A DNA stretch of 44,649 nucleotides from Candidatus Oleincola secundus (GTDB lineage Bacteria; Atribacterota; Phoenicimicrobiia; Phoenicimicrobiales; Stramentimicrobiaceae), in the NCBI GenBank assembly GCA_018400815.1, contig JAGYLS010000006.1, positions 1-44,649 of the forward strand. Reading direction: 5' to 3'. Positions 18,828 through 29,352 of this stretch are shown here, piece after piece. The position numbers and the translations under genes are program-made. The first letter of the stretch is position 1. Each line of letters opens with the position of its first letter. The notes under the pieces are model-generated. The model was not told the origin of the DNA. It worked only from the letters and a program-made list of their open reading frames with translations, and made no database searches.

Positions 18828-19424
18828 ATGACACATATTTTTATAATTTTGTGTAGTTATCTAATTGGCTCAATACCATTTGGTTACCTTGTAGGAAAGT
18901 ACTTAAAAAGAATAGATATCAGGGAATATGGGAGTGGTAACATTGGCGCATCCAATAGCTTTAGGGTTATGGGAACCAAGTATGCCTTGTTAGTTTTAAT
19001 TGGAGATTGTCTGAAAGGTTTTTTTTCAATTATACTGGCAAAATGGTTACTGGTAGAGTCAATTGAATTTTATTTATTGATTGGGCTTGCTGCAATTATT
19101 GGCCATAACTGGTCTGTTTTTTTAAATTTTAAAGGTGGAAAGGGAATCGCCACTACATATGGTGTTGTCTTGTCTTTCTATCCATATATTGCAATCATTG
19201 CAGCAATAATATGGGGAGCTATTGTATTTACTACCAGATTTGCTGCATTGGGTTCCATTATTTCGGTTTTTGCCATGTTAATTATATCTTTTTTATTCAA
19301 AACACCTTTGGAATTTAAGATTTTTGTTGTTATAATTTTTTTATTTGCTATTATTAGGCACCATAGTAATATCAATAGGTTGCTGCACAAAAAAGAAAAT
19401 AAGATTACTAATGGGAACAAGTAA
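18828..19424 (+). CDS. plsY: Glycerol-3-phosphate acyltransferase PlsY
   Basis: YLIGSIPFG, GSGNIGASN, GHNWSVF...FKGGKGIAT, RHHSNI. Confidence 0.96.
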   Translation: MTHIFIILCSYLIGSIPFGYLVGKYLKRIDIREYGSGNIGASNSFRVMGTKYALLVLIGDCLKGFFSIILAKWLLVESIEFYLLIGLAAIIGHNWSVFLNFKGGKGIATTYGVVLSFYPYIAIIAAIIWGAIVFTTRFAALGSIISVFAMLIISFLFKTPLEFKIFVVIIFLFAIIRHHSNINRLLHKKENKITNGNK

Positions 19425-19481
19425 AATAGGGTCATTCGATTTTATTCTAAAATATTTTAAGTCTATAGGAAAATATTATAT

Positions 19482-21584
19482 ATGAAAGAACATCTAATTA
19501 TTGTAGAATCCCCAACTAAGGAAAAAGTTCTTAAAGAGATTTTGGGAGAAGGTTTCCAGATTACTTCAAGTAAAGGTCATATCAAAGATCTTCCAAAATC
19601 TAGATTAGGAATAAATACGGAAAATCATTTTGAACCTACCTGGGTTATTATTCCTGCTAAACGTCAAATGATTAAAAAACTGAAAAACATTGCTGAAGGG
19701 AAAGATAAAATATTACTGGCAACCGATCCGGACAGGGAAGGAGAAGCAATATCATGGCATATTGCCAGAGAGTTAGACCTGGAAAAAGAAGAATGCCGTA
19801 TTGTTTTTAATGAAATTACAAAGGATGTTGTTATTCAAGCAGTTAAAAATCCCAGAAAACTTAATATGAATGTTGTTGATTCACAAATTGCACGAAGATT
19901 ACTTGATCGTTTAGTTGGATACAAAGTAAGCCCCTTGTGTTATAAATATGCTCGTGGAAAAAGTGCCGGTAGGGTACAGTCAGTTGCGGTACATCTGATT
20001 GTCAAAAGAGAAAAAGAAATACAGGCATTTCAGCCTGAAGAATATTGGAAAATTAATGCCTTTTTATTAAAGAAAACCAATAAAAAAGAAATCCCCTTTG
20101 AAGCATCATTGGTTTCAAAAAATGGTAAAAAGATTGATATCAGAAAAAAGGAACAAGCTGAAAGTATTTGTAATGAAATTAAAGACAGTCAATTTATTGT
20201 TTCTGAAATAAAAAATAAAAAGGAACATAAACATGCACCATTGCCATTCAAAACAAGTACATTACAACAGGTATCCTATAATAAATTAAATTTTTCAGTA
20301 AAACGTACAATGCGTATTGCCCAACAATTATATGAGGGTATCTCTATAACAGGCAAGGGGACTCTGGGATTGATTACTTATATGAGAACTGATTCTAATC
20401 GAATATCTGATGAAGCAAAAAATAATGCAAGAAATTACATACAGACAAACTATGGAAAAGAATATGTCTCTTTTAGTAGAAAAAGTAATCGTTTAACAAA
20501 AAAAGGAAGTGCTAAAATACAGGATGCACATGAAGCAATCAGACCAACTTCAATAGATCTATACCCTGAGCTTATAAAAGAAAGTTTATCATCAGACCAA
20601 TATAAGCTATACCAATTAATCTGGAAATATTTTATTGCTAGCCAGATGAAGTCTGTCTTACTAGAAAGATGCAATGTAAAAATAAAAGTTAATGATTATA
20701 TTTTTGAATTAAATGGTGCCAAAATATTGTTTCCCGGATATCTTAAAATTTTCGATAACAATGATATCGATAAAAAAATAGTACCTAATTTAGAAGTAGG
20801 CGAAAAGCTAATATTGACAAAATTGGACTCAAAACAATCATTTACTAAACCGCCAGCCAGATATAATGAAGCAAGTCTGGTGAAAGTTTTAGAAAAAGAA
20901 GGTATCGGAAGACCAAGCACTTATTCAGTTATAATTGATAAAATACAAAGTAGAAATTATGTAGAAAAAGAAAATAAAAAGTTTATCCCTACTAGATTAG
21001 GATTTGTTGTAGATGAATTTTTAATGAATTATTTTTCCAATATAATCAATGTTAAGTTTACTGCAATAATGGAAAGTAAATTGGATAAAATCGAATCAGG
21101 AGAAAATAACTGGCAAAAAACATTGGATATATTCTATCAATCACTATTAACAGATATAAACAGATTAACCCAAAACCCACCTGAAAAATTAATTGAAAAG
21201 AGTAGGGTATTGACAGATGAGAAGTGTACAGTCTGTGGAAGTCAAATGGAAATAAAAAACGGACCTTATGGTAAATACCTTGCTTGTTCCAAATTTTCTA
21301 CCAAACATCCTACCAAGCCATATATGATAAAAATAGGGGTTACTTGTCCTAAGGAGAATTGTAACGGTGAAATTATTAAACGGAAAAGTAAAAAAGGAAG
21401 AATATTCTATGGATGTAGCAATTACCCTAAATGTGATTTCTATTCCATTCATATGCCTGTCAATGAAAAATGTCCGAAGTGTGGCTCTATCTTAGTAAAA
21501 ATAAGTAGCAAAAAAAAGGGAACTTATTACCAATGTAGTGCGAAAGAATGTGATTACCGTAAAAAGGTAAGCAAAGATGAATAA
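19482..21584 (+). CDS. topA: DNA topoisomerase I (type IA) with C-terminal zinc ribbons
   Basis: IVESP, ATDPDREGEAI, SAGRVQS, ITYMRTDS, GIGRPSTY. Confidence 0.97.
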   Translation: MKEHLIIVESPTKEKVLKEILGEGFQITSSKGHIKDLPKSRLGINTENHFEPTWVIIPAKRQMIKKLKNIAEGKDKILLATDPDREGEAISWHIARELDLEKEECRIVFNEITKDVVIQAVKNPRKLNMNVVDSQIARRLLDRLVGYKVSPLCYKYARGKSAGRVQSVAVHLIVKREKEIQAFQPEEYWKINAFLLKKTNKKEIPFEASLVSKNGKKIDIRKKEQAESICNEIKDSQFIVSEIKNKKEHKHAPLPFKTSTLQQVSYNKLNFSVKRTMRIAQQLYEGISITGKGTLGLITYMRTDSNRISDEAKNNARNYIQTNYGKEYVSFSRKSNRLTKKGSAKIQDAHEAIRPTSIDLYPELIKESLSSDQYKLYQLIWKYFIASQMKSVLLERCNVKIKVNDYIFELNGAKILFPGYLKIFDNNDIDKKIVPNLEVGEKLILTKLDSKQSFTKPPARYNEASLVKVLEKEGIGRPSTYSVIIDKIQSRNYVEKENKKFIPTRLGFVVDEFLMNYFSNIINVKFTAIMESKLDKIESGENNWQKTLDIFYQSLLTDINRLTQNPPEKLIEKSRVLTDEKCTVCGSQMEIKNGPYGKYLACSKFSTKHPTKPYMIKIGVTCPKENCNGEIIKRKSKKGRIFYGCSNYPKCDFYSIHMPVNEKCPKCGSILVKISSKKKGTYYQCSAKECDYRKKVSKDE

Positions 21585-22497
21585 AACAAAAATACTAATT
21601 AATCAACTAAAAGATTATAAAAATTATCTTAAAGAAAGAAGAAATTTTTCTTACAATACCATAAATGCATATATTAAAGATATCTGTGATTTATTGTATT
21701 TCATAAATAAAGATAAGAAAATCAACGATTTTACTCTTATTAATTACCATCATATAAGAAAATATGTTGTTTTTTTGAAACAAGAAAGATATGCCGACAG
21801 AACAATAGCAAGAAAAATATCATCTTTTCGTGTATTTTTTAAATATTTAATACAGCAAGAATTAATCAATAGCAATCCAGCAGAGTATGTACAAATTCCC
21901 AAAATAAAAAAAGGGTTACCGGATTTTTTATTTTTTGAAGAAGTCATCAAGTTAATTGATTCTTTCAAAGAAAACAAACCTATTATCAAAAGAAATCAAG
22001 CTATTGTAGAATTGTTGTATGGAACAGGAATGCGGGTAACAGAACTTTCTAGTTTAAACGTTGATGACATAAATTTGGATGATGATATAATAAAAGTTAT
22101 GGGCAAAGGCTCTAAAGAAAGGATAATTCCATTTAGCAAGCCAGCTAAAACAGCCATATACAACTATTTGAAATACCGGGAACAGGTACCAAGGGCAAAT
22201 TATCATCAATCAATCTTATCTAAGGCTTTATTCATTAATTGTATTGGAAAAAGGCTTTCTCCTAGAAGTATTCGGAGAATGATTAACAAGTATATGCAAC
22301 TTGCTCATCTAAATAAGAAAATTAGTCCACATGTCTTTAGGCATACTTTTGCAACTCACCTCTTGAATGGCGGTGCTGATTTACGATCAGTACAAGAGTT
22401 ATTGGGACATGAAAGCTTATCAACTACACAGATTTATACTCATATAACCAAAGACAAATTAATAAAAACTTATAAAAATTCTATTCCGAGAAAATAA
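21577..22497 (+). CDS. xerC: Tyrosine recombinase XerC/CodV
   Basis: TGMRVTE, GKGSKER, HVFRHTFATHLL, LLGH, TTQIY; topA-xerC-hslVU context. Confidence 0.9.
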   Translation: MNKTKILINQLKDYKNYLKERRNFSYNTINAYIKDICDLLYFINKDKKINDFTLINYHHIRKYVVFLKQERYADRTIARKISSFRVFFKYLIQQELINSNPAEYVQIPKIKKGLPDFLFFEEVIKLIDSFKENKPIIKRNQAIVELLYGTGMRVTELSSLNVDDINLDDDIIKVMGKGSKERIIPFSKPAKTAIYNYLKYREQVPRANYHQSILSKALFINCIGKRLSPRSIRRMINKYMQLAHLNKKISPHVFRHTFATHLLNGGADLRSVQELLGHESLSTTQIYTHITKDKLIKTYKNSIPRK

Positions 22498-22573
22498 ATG
22501 ATTTTTATATTTGAACATATAAAATAAAAACAATCACAAAACAATATTACAATTTAAGGAGATGGTATTGATT

Positions 22574-23107
22574 ATGTATAAAGGTACAACAATTCTCGCT
22601 GTCAGACGGGAAAATGAGATTGCTATTGCTGGAGACGGACAAATTACGATGGGTAATACTATTGCTAAAAATGAAGCCAAAAAGATTAGGAAAATTTATC
22701 ATAATAAAGTTTTAACCGGCTTTGCAGGAGGTGCGGCAGATGCACTTACTTTATATGAACGATTTGAGAATAAATTAGAGGAATTCCAGGGAAATCTAAA
22801 ACGGGCATCAATCGAGTTAGCTAAAGATTGGAGAACAGATAAAGTATTAAGGAGACTAGAGGCTCTATTAATTGTTGCAGATTTAGAAGATATGTTCACT
22901 ATATCGGGAAATGGTGATATTATAGAACCTGATAAACCCATTGCAGCAATTGGTTCTGGTGGACCGTATGCTTTGGCATCAGCCCAAGCGTTACTTGGAT
23001 TTACTGAATTATCTGCTTCTGATATTGCCATGGAATCATTAAAAATAACTGCCTCAATTTGCATTTATACAAATGATTATGTTGCAGTTGAATTTCTTAA
23101 AAGCTAA
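22574..23107 (+). CDS. hslV: ATP-dependent protease subunit HslV (ClpQ)
   Basis: (G)TTILAV N-terminal Thr, GDGQIT, AIGSGG; alternative ATG at 22562. Confidence 0.96.
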   Translation: MYKGTTILAVRRENEIAIAGDGQITMGNTIAKNEAKKIRKIYHNKVLTGFAGGAADALTLYERFENKLEEFQGNLKRASIELAKDWRTDKVLRRLEALLIVADLEDMFTISGNGDIIEPDKPIAAIGSGGPYALASAQALLGFTELSASDIAMESLKITASICIYTNDYVAVEFLKS

Positions 23108-23119
23108 TGGAGGAAAATT

Positions 23120-24550
23120 ATGTTAAAAGGTTTAATTCCATCTGAGATTGTATCAGAATTAAATAAATATATTATTGGACAAAAAAAAGCAAAAGAAACT
23201 GTGTCTATTGCCTTAAGAAACAGAATAAGAAGAAAAAAACTGCCTAAAAAATTAATTGATGAAGTTACTCCTAAAAATATTATAATGATAGGACCTACGG
23301 GTGTAGGAAAAACTGAAATAGCCCGCAGATTGGCTAAAATTGTCAAAGCACCTTTTATAAAAGTAGAGGCAACTAAATTTACCGAAGTAGGCTATGTTGG
23401 TAAAGATGTTGATTCTATGATAAGAGATTTGGTACAGGCTGCCATACAACTTATTCGGAAGGAAAAAATTGATGAGGTTCGCGAGAAAGCTAAGGAAAAA
23501 GTTGAAGAAAGAATAATGCAAGCTCTTTTCCCTAACATTAATCAAGAAGATTTAAAAGACGAGACAAATATAAATTACCAAAACAAGCACGATGGTATTC
23601 TTATAGATAAAGAAGGAAACACAGTCACTGATCATGATTTATCTAAACAAAATCAACAAAAGGAAAGATTTAAAAAAACAAAAGAAAAGCTGAGAGAAAG
23701 GCTCAGAAATGGAAAGTTTGAAGAAAAAATTATCGATATTGATATTGAAGAACAGAGCCAATCCTCAATGGATTTATTTTCTAATATGGGTATGGAAGGA
23801 ATCGGCATCAATTTTAAGGATATAATGGATAGAATGTTGCCTAACAAGAAAAAAAAGCAAAAGTTAAAAATATCAGATGCAAGAAACGTTCTGCTGGACG
23901 AGGAAATTGAAAAAATGTTGGAAACAAACAAGATAGCCAGGGAGGCTATTACCAAAACTGAGGAATTAGGAATTGTTTTTATTGACGAAATTGATAAAAT
24001 TGCAATGAAAGAAAAATCATATGGACCTGACGTATCAAGAAGTGGTGTACAGAGAGATATTTTGCCAATTATTGAGGGTTCTTCTGTTGTAACTAAATAT
24101 GGAGTAGTAAAGACTGACCATATTCTCTTTATAGCTGCTGGTGCTTTCAACTCCTCCAAACCTTCAGATTTAATACCTGAATTACAGGGTAGATTCCCGT
24201 TACGAGTAGAATTAAATAGTTTGAAACAAGAAGATTTAGAGAAAATACTGATAGAGCCAGACAATTCTTTAATTAAACAATATAAGGCACTTCTAAAAAC
24301 AGAAGGAATCGAGTTGGAATTTCAGTATGAAGCAATAAAAGAATTGGCTAGGATGGCTGCAATTGTAAATGAACAAAATGAAAACATTGGTGCCAGGAGA
24401 CTTTATACAGTCCTTGAAAAATTATTGGAAAGGATATCATTTAATGCCCCTAAGATAGGAAAAAAGAAATTAGTTATAACTAAAAACTATGTTAAAACTC
24501 GTTTGCAAAATGTCATACAACAGGAAGATTTGAGCAAATATATATTGTAA
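23120..24550 (+). CDS. hslU: ATP-dependent protease ATPase HslU (ClpY)
   Basis: GPTGVGKTE, KFTEVGYVG, FIDEIDK, PELQGRFP, ENIGARRL. Confidence 0.97.
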   Translation: MLKGLIPSEIVSELNKYIIGQKKAKETVSIALRNRIRRKKLPKKLIDEVTPKNIIMIGPTGVGKTEIARRLAKIVKAPFIKVEATKFTEVGYVGKDVDSMIRDLVQAAIQLIRKEKIDEVREKAKEKVEERIMQALFPNINQEDLKDETNINYQNKHDGILIDKEGNTVTDHDLSKQNQQKERFKKTKEKLRERLRNGKFEEKIIDIDIEEQSQSSMDLFSNMGMEGIGINFKDIMDRMLPNKKKKQKLKISDARNVLLDEEIEKMLETNKIAREAITKTEELGIVFIDEIDKIAMKEKSYGPDVSRSGVQRDILPIIEGSSVVTKYGVVKTDHILFIAAGAFNSSKPSDLIPELQGRFPLRVELNSLKQEDLEKILIEPDNSLIKQYKALLKTEGIELEFQYEAIKELARMAAIVNEQNENIGARRLYTVLEKLLERISFNAPKIGKKKLVITKNYVKTRLQNVIQQEDLSKYIL

Positions 24551-24638
24551 TAATATCAAATACTAAAAATTAATGTATAATATAATAGTAGATATTATAA
24601 AGGTCTATAAATTTTGCAAAAATATTGAGAGTCATTCT

Positions 24639-24755
24639 AATATTATAGTTAAAGGTGAAATAATAAATTGGAAGAAAAAGAGCTAAAAAGTGGTAACAAG
24701 TTAAACCTCTTTTAGAGGTTCTTAAAGCCACCCGCTATGTGGGTGCGATATTTAC
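24639..24755 (+). mobile_element. Repeat copy 3 (5'-truncated, right half only)
   Basis: AATATTATAGTTAAAGG...AAAAAGTGGTAACAAGTTAAACCTCTTTTAGAGGTTCTTAAAGCCACCCGCTATGTGGGTGCGATATTTAC aligns colinearly with about 33604-33720. Confidence 0.8.
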
Positions 24756-24779
24756 TAATTACAATATCAATTGTTTATC

Positions 24780-24808
24780 TTGATTAACAAAACTAATTAT
24801 GTTATACT
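24780..24808 (+). promoter_or_regulatory. sigma70/sigmaA promoter of rpsB-tsf-pyrH
   Basis: TTGATT-17 nt-TATACT with TG extension (TGTTATACT). Confidence 0.65.
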
Positions 24809-24889
24809 TATTTGGTTTTTATCGTTCTTTATTTTATAATATAACTATGATAAAATATTTAAATAATTTTTAAAAAGGAGAGTGGTTAT

Positions 24890-25603
24890 TTGAGCGTTGT
24901 ATCTATGAAACAATTATTAGAGTCTGGTGTCCATTTTGGACATCAAAAAAGGCGTTGGGATCCCAGAATGCGATCATATATTTTTACTGAAAGGAATAAT
25001 ATATATATTATTGACCTTCAACAAACTGTAAAATTAATAGATGAAGCTTACAATTTTGTTCATAACCTTGCTAGTAAGAATGGTAATATTATGTTTGTAG
25101 GAACAAAAAAACAGGCACAGGAATCAATTAGTTTAGAGGCTGAAAAATGTGGAATGCCATATGTTAACTATAGATGGCTCGGTGGCACATTGACTAATTT
25201 TAATACTATTAATCAAAGAGTTAAGCGCCTTTTTCAGTTAGAAAAAATGGAACAAGGGGAAGATTTTAATCTTCTACCTAAAAAAGAAGTCATTATTTTG
25301 AAAAGGGAAAAAGAAAAACTTGAAAAATTATTAACCGGCATTAAATATATGGAAAGATTGCCAGATGCTTTATTTATAATTGATCCAAAGCGAGAAAAAA
25401 TTGCAGTAGCGGAAGCTAGAAAGCTATCTATTCCTATTGTAGCAGTTGTTGATACCAATTGTAACCCTGAGGAAATTGATTACGTAATACCTGGGAATGA
25501 TGATGCAATCAGGGCAATCAAGCTGATGACCTCAGTTGTTGCTGATGCTGTTTTGGAAGGCAAGAAGGCATCTTTAGAAGATAATGTTAAAATAGCAGTA
25601 TAA
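24890..25603 (+). CDS. rpsB: 30S ribosomal protein S2
   Basis: [43 protein letters not shown] start after AAGGAG. Confidence 0.98.
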   Translation: MSVVSMKQLLESGVHFGHQKRRWDPRMRSYIFTERNNIYIIDLQQTVKLIDEAYNFVHNLASKNGNIMFVGTKKQAQESISLEAEKCGMPYVNYRWLGGTLTNFNTINQRVKRLFQLEKMEQGEDFNLLPKKEVIILKREKEKLEKLLTGIKYMERLPDALFIIDPKREKIAVAEARKLSIPIVAVVDTNCNPEEIDYVIPGNDDAIRAIKLMTSVVADAVLEGKKASLEDNVKIAV

Positions 25604-25646
25604 TTTTTTAAACAATATATGTTAACTTAAAGGAGATTGAAAGAAG

Positions 25647-26240
25647 ATGAGTATTAGCGCTAAACTAGTGAAAGAACTAAGAGATAAAACAACTGCGGGC
25701 ATGATGGATTGTAAAAAAGCCTTAACCCAAACTAATGGAGATTTAGAAAAAGCAGTTGATTATCTCCGTAAAAAAGGCATTCAATCAGCAAGTTCTAAAT
25801 TTGGTCGTAAAGCTTCAAATGGGTTAATTGCCTCTTATATACATTTAAATGGAAAAGTAGGGGTATTGTTGGAAATAAATTGTGAAACAGATTTTGTCGC
25901 AAAAACCCCAGAATTTAATGAATTGGCAAAAAATATTACGCTTCAAATTGCAGCATCCAATCCAAAGTACATTAAGCGTGAAGAAGTCCCGGAAGAAGTT
26001 GTAAGCAAAGAAAAAGAAGTTTATTATGGCCAGGCAGAAAATCTAAATAAACCTCAAAAAGTTCTAGACAATATAGTTGAAGGTAAGCTTAATAAATACT
26101 TTAAGGAGATTTGCTTGTTGGAACAAGAATACATACGCGAGCCTGAAAAGACAGTCAATCAACTGGTTTTAGAAGCAATAGCTAAGCTTAAAGAAAACAT
26201 TATAGTTAAAAGATTTGCTAGATTTAAACTTGGAGAATAG
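25647..26240 (+). CDS. tsf: Elongation factor Ts (short form)
   Basis: VKELRDKTTAGMMDCKKAL, EINCETDFVA. Confidence 0.97.
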   Translation: MSISAKLVKELRDKTTAGMMDCKKALTQTNGDLEKAVDYLRKKGIQSASSKFGRKASNGLIASYIHLNGKVGVLLEINCETDFVAKTPEFNELAKNITLQIAASNPKYIKREEVPEEVVSKEKEVYYGQAENLNKPQKVLDNIVEGKLNKYFKEICLLEQEYIREPEKTVNQLVLEAIAKLKENIIVKRFARFKLGE

Positions 26241-26318
26241 ATCGAGGGATAGAATGATTATTGAAAAACCTTTAAAATAGTTAACATATCTTATAATTCT
26301 AAACAATAATTAGAGAAA

Positions 26319-27044
26319 ATGAATAAAAATAACCCTATTTATAAAAGAATACTGTTAAAATTAGGTGGTGAATCCTTTTCTGAAGGAAGAAAAGGAGGAA
26401 TTGATGTTGGACGTGTTAAATTTATTTCAAAAGAATTAGCCGATATAAAACAGATGGGAATACAGATTGCAATTGTTATTGGGGGCGGAAACATTTTTCG
26501 AGGAAGAGAAGCAAGCAAGAAAGGAATTAATCAGGCATCTGCTGATTATATGGGAATGCTTGGCACTGTTATTAATGCTCTTGCCTTACAAGATTCATTA
26601 GAAAAGCTTAATATTGAAACAAGAGTTCAGACCGCTATTGAAATGAAAGCTATTGCCGAACCTTATATCAGGAGAAGGGCTATCAGACATTTAGAAAAAG
26701 ATAGGATTATTATCTTGGCAGCAGGTACGGGACATCCCTTTTTTACAACCGACACTGCTGCTGCATTAAGGGCTATCGAGTTAGAAGCCGATGCAATACT
26801 TAAAGCAACTAAAGTAGATGGTATTTATGAGTCAGATCCGCTTTTAAATGCGAATGCATTGAAATACAAAAAAATAAGTTTTCTTGATTTTCTAAATAAA
26901 AATTTAAGAGTTATGGATGCTACATCCATTTCATTGTGTATGGAAAACAATGTTCCTGTAATTGTTTTTAATCTAAATTTACCCGGGAATATAAAAAAAG
27001 TTATTTTAGGCGAACCTATCGGAACAATCGTAAAGGGGGACTAA
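26319..27044 (+). CDS. pyrH: UMP kinase
   Basis: [37 protein letters not shown]. Confidence 0.97.
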   Translation: MNKNNPIYKRILLKLGGESFSEGRKGGIDVGRVKFISKELADIKQMGIQIAIVIGGGNIFRGREASKKGINQASADYMGMLGTVINALALQDSLEKLNIETRVQTAIEMKAIAEPYIRRRAIRHLEKDRIIILAAGTGHPFFTTDTAAALRAIELEADAILKATKVDGIYESDPLLNANALKYKKISFLDFLNKNLRVMDATSISLCMENNVPVIVFNLNLPGNIKKVILGEPIGTIVKGD

Positions 27045-27594
27045 TGATGGTAAATGAACTATTAAAAGAAGCTAAGCATAAAATGAAAAAAGCTATTCAA
27101 ATAATTAGAGACGAACTGTCTCATATCAGGACAGGTAGAGCTTCATCTGCATTAGTAGAAACATCAAAGTAGAGTATTATGGTATTCCACTCCTTTGGCA
27201 AATTAATATATTTCATTCCTGAGGCTGATTTGATTGTTATCCAGCCAAGGGATAAGGGAGTTCTGTTATCGATGTAGAAAGCTATATGGAAAGAAGACTC
27301 AACACCTAATAATGATGGTACTGTTATACGTCTTTCAATTCCTCCCATGATTTGAAGACAGAACAGTATAGTTAAAATAGTAAAAAAGAGATAGAATCTT
27401 CTAAGGTTGCTATTAGAAATATCAGAAGAGATATTAAACATAAAATAAAAAAAATTGGAAAAAACAGTGAAATATCATCCGAAGACCAAAGCAAAGAAGT
27501 ATTCAAAGAAGTTCAGACTTAACAGACCACTACATAAAAGAAGACACAGATAGAAATTTATAAAGAAAAAGAAGCAGAAATAATGAAAGTCTAA
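27044..27594 (+). CDS. frr: Ribosome recycling factor, multiply frameshifted as written (probable sequencing errors)
   Basis: Fragments in shifting frames: MKKAI...IRTGRASS, KVEYYG, IVIQP, VEKAI, TPNNDGTVIRLSIPP, KVAIRNIRRD, KEKEAEIMKV*; pyrH-frr-uppS synteny. Confidence 0.9.
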
Positions 27595-27776
27595 AAATAA
27601 ACTATTTCTATCATTTTTATTTTTAATATTAATTACCAACTGGAGGTATGTAAAAATTATATAAAATAGCTGATGAATATTGAATATATTAATTATTCCC
27701 CCACTCATTGTAGTTATAAATATTGAATTATTTCTTTAGAATAAAATGGGGGTTTTATAAAATAATAAAGGTAAAA

Positions 27777-28519
27777 ATGCCGGAAAATCCAATAATAATT
27801 TAAATAATAATCAAAATATAAACTATCAATTTCCAATCATTGAGAAGGATTATAATGATGAAAATAGAAGATAAAAAAAATACCTTCCAAGATTTGCTGG
27901 AAGTCAACGCTGGAGTGAAAACGATAAGAATGGTCACGCTGAATCATTAAAGGCAGGGGTAAAAATATTAACTCTCTATGCCTTTTCCACTGAAAATTGG
28001 AAAAGATCAGAAAGAGAAATTACTTCAATAATGAATTTATTCCAAGAAGTTATTGAGAAAGAAAAAAGAAATCTTATCGAAAACCAGATTAAAGTTAATT
28101 TTATTGGTGACCGAATTACCTTATCCGAAAAATTGAAATCATCAATGAGTAATTTAGAAAATGCAACACAAAAAAATTATAAACTTATTCTAAATATTGC
28201 TATTAATTATGGAGGTCGATCAGAGTTATGCCATGCATTCCAATCAATCTATCAACAATTTAAAAAAAATAATCTAGAACCTTTCAATATAAATGAAAAA
28301 ATTATTAATCAAAATCTTTTTACGACAAATATCCCTGATCCTGATTTACTAATCCGCACAGGAGGGGAAAAGAGGATCAGCAATTTTCTTTTATGGCAAA
28401 TAGCATATACGGAGTTGTGGTTTACAAAAACATTCTGGCCGGATTTTTCTAAAAAAGATTTATGGAGAGCTTTTAATGATTATGAAAAAAGGGTGAGAAA
28501 ATTTGGGGGAGAAATTTGA
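27777..28519 (+). CDS. uppS: Undecaprenyl diphosphate synthase; 5' part frameshifted as written
   Basis: LTLYAFSTENWKR upstream in frame with ORF 28031; NYGGR, DPDLLIRTGGEKRISNFLLWQIAYTE, WPDF; start approximate. Confidence 0.9.
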
Positions 28520-29312
28520 AAAGATAAAAACCCGAACATTTACTATTGTGATCGGTGTGCCTTTTGTGCTACTTGTTATTCATTTAGGTGGAGTAATTTT
28601 TCATTCAATAATTGCTTTATTGGCAATTATAGGTACTATTGAACTATGGAATATTTTTAAAAGCAAATATAATCCTTCCCTAATTCTTGGAATAGCGGCA
28701 TCATTATTTTTTTTATTTAGAAGAACTATACCGGAAACGTTTTTTCTTAATGGTAATTTACTATTCACAATAATTATATTGCTTATTTTCATAGAACACT
28801 TTTTACTGAAAGCTAACAAAAAATACATGGTTATTAACATAGCAACAACTATATTTATTGCTATATATATTGGACATTTGTTGTCCTTTTTAATTGATAT
28901 TAGAAGCTTAACGGACGGTAATTTATTTATAATTTTTGCTTTATTCACAACCTGGATGAGTGATACAGTGGCATATATTGTAGGTATTAACTTTGGAAAA
29001 AAACATATTTTTCCAAACATTAGCCCTAACAAAACATTGGAGGGTTCTATTGGCGGGATTTTGGGTGGCTCTATTTGTGGAATAGCTTTTTATTTTTTGC
29101 TACCCTTGCATCCCTTAATGCTGTTCACCCTAGGTTTGATTTCTGCTATTTGTGGCCAAGCGGGTGATTTATTTGAATCAATAATTAAAAGAAATTTCGA
29201 TGTTAAAGACTCTGGTAAATTAATACCCGGCCATGGTGGAGTGCTAGATTGTATGGATAGTATTTTATTCTCAGTACCGGTTTTATATTTTTGTCTAAAT
29301 TATCTTAGTTAA
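28503..29312 (+). CDS. cdsA: Phosphatidate cytidylyltransferase
   Basis: Multi-TM; SDTVAY, ISPNKTLEG, GDLFESIIKR...KDSG...PGHGGVLD. Confidence 0.95.
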   Translation: MGEKFEKIKTRTFTIVIGVPFVLLVIHLGGVIFHSIIALLAIIGTIELWNIFKSKYNPSLILGIAASLFFLFRRTIPETFFLNGNLLFTIIILLIFIEHFLLKANKKYMVINIATTIFIAIYIGHLLSFLIDIRSLTDGNLFIIFALFTTWMSDTVAYIVGINFGKKHIFPNISPNKTLEGSIGGILGGSICGIAFYFLLPLHPLMLFTLGLISAICGQAGDLFESIIKRNFDVKDSGKLIPGHGGVLDCMDSILFSVPVLYFCLNYLS

Positions 29313-29352
29313 AGTTATTTTTGTTAAAAAAAATGGAGTAAAAATTATTTTT

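Noticed and set aside
21577..22497. Tyrosine recombinase as an integrase of an island ending at tRNA-Arg
   Set aside because: It has the housekeeping topA-xerC-hslVU context, there is no att duplication, and the intervening genes are core genes.
23653..24264. 203-aa antisense ORF and the other short overlapping ORFs in the track (e.g. 947-1198, 3279-3605, 11308-11631, 22699-23064, 28601-29032)
   Set aside because: Shadow frames of well-conserved genes with no motifs or SD sequences.
25600..25627. TATGTTAACT as the XerD arm of a dif site
   Set aside because: No matching XerC arm at the correct 6-bp spacing; it lies in the short rpsB-tsf spacer.
27121..27708. Minus-strand ORFs 27121-27441 and 27475-27708
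   Set aside because: They are antisense to the frameshifted frr and are products of the error zone.
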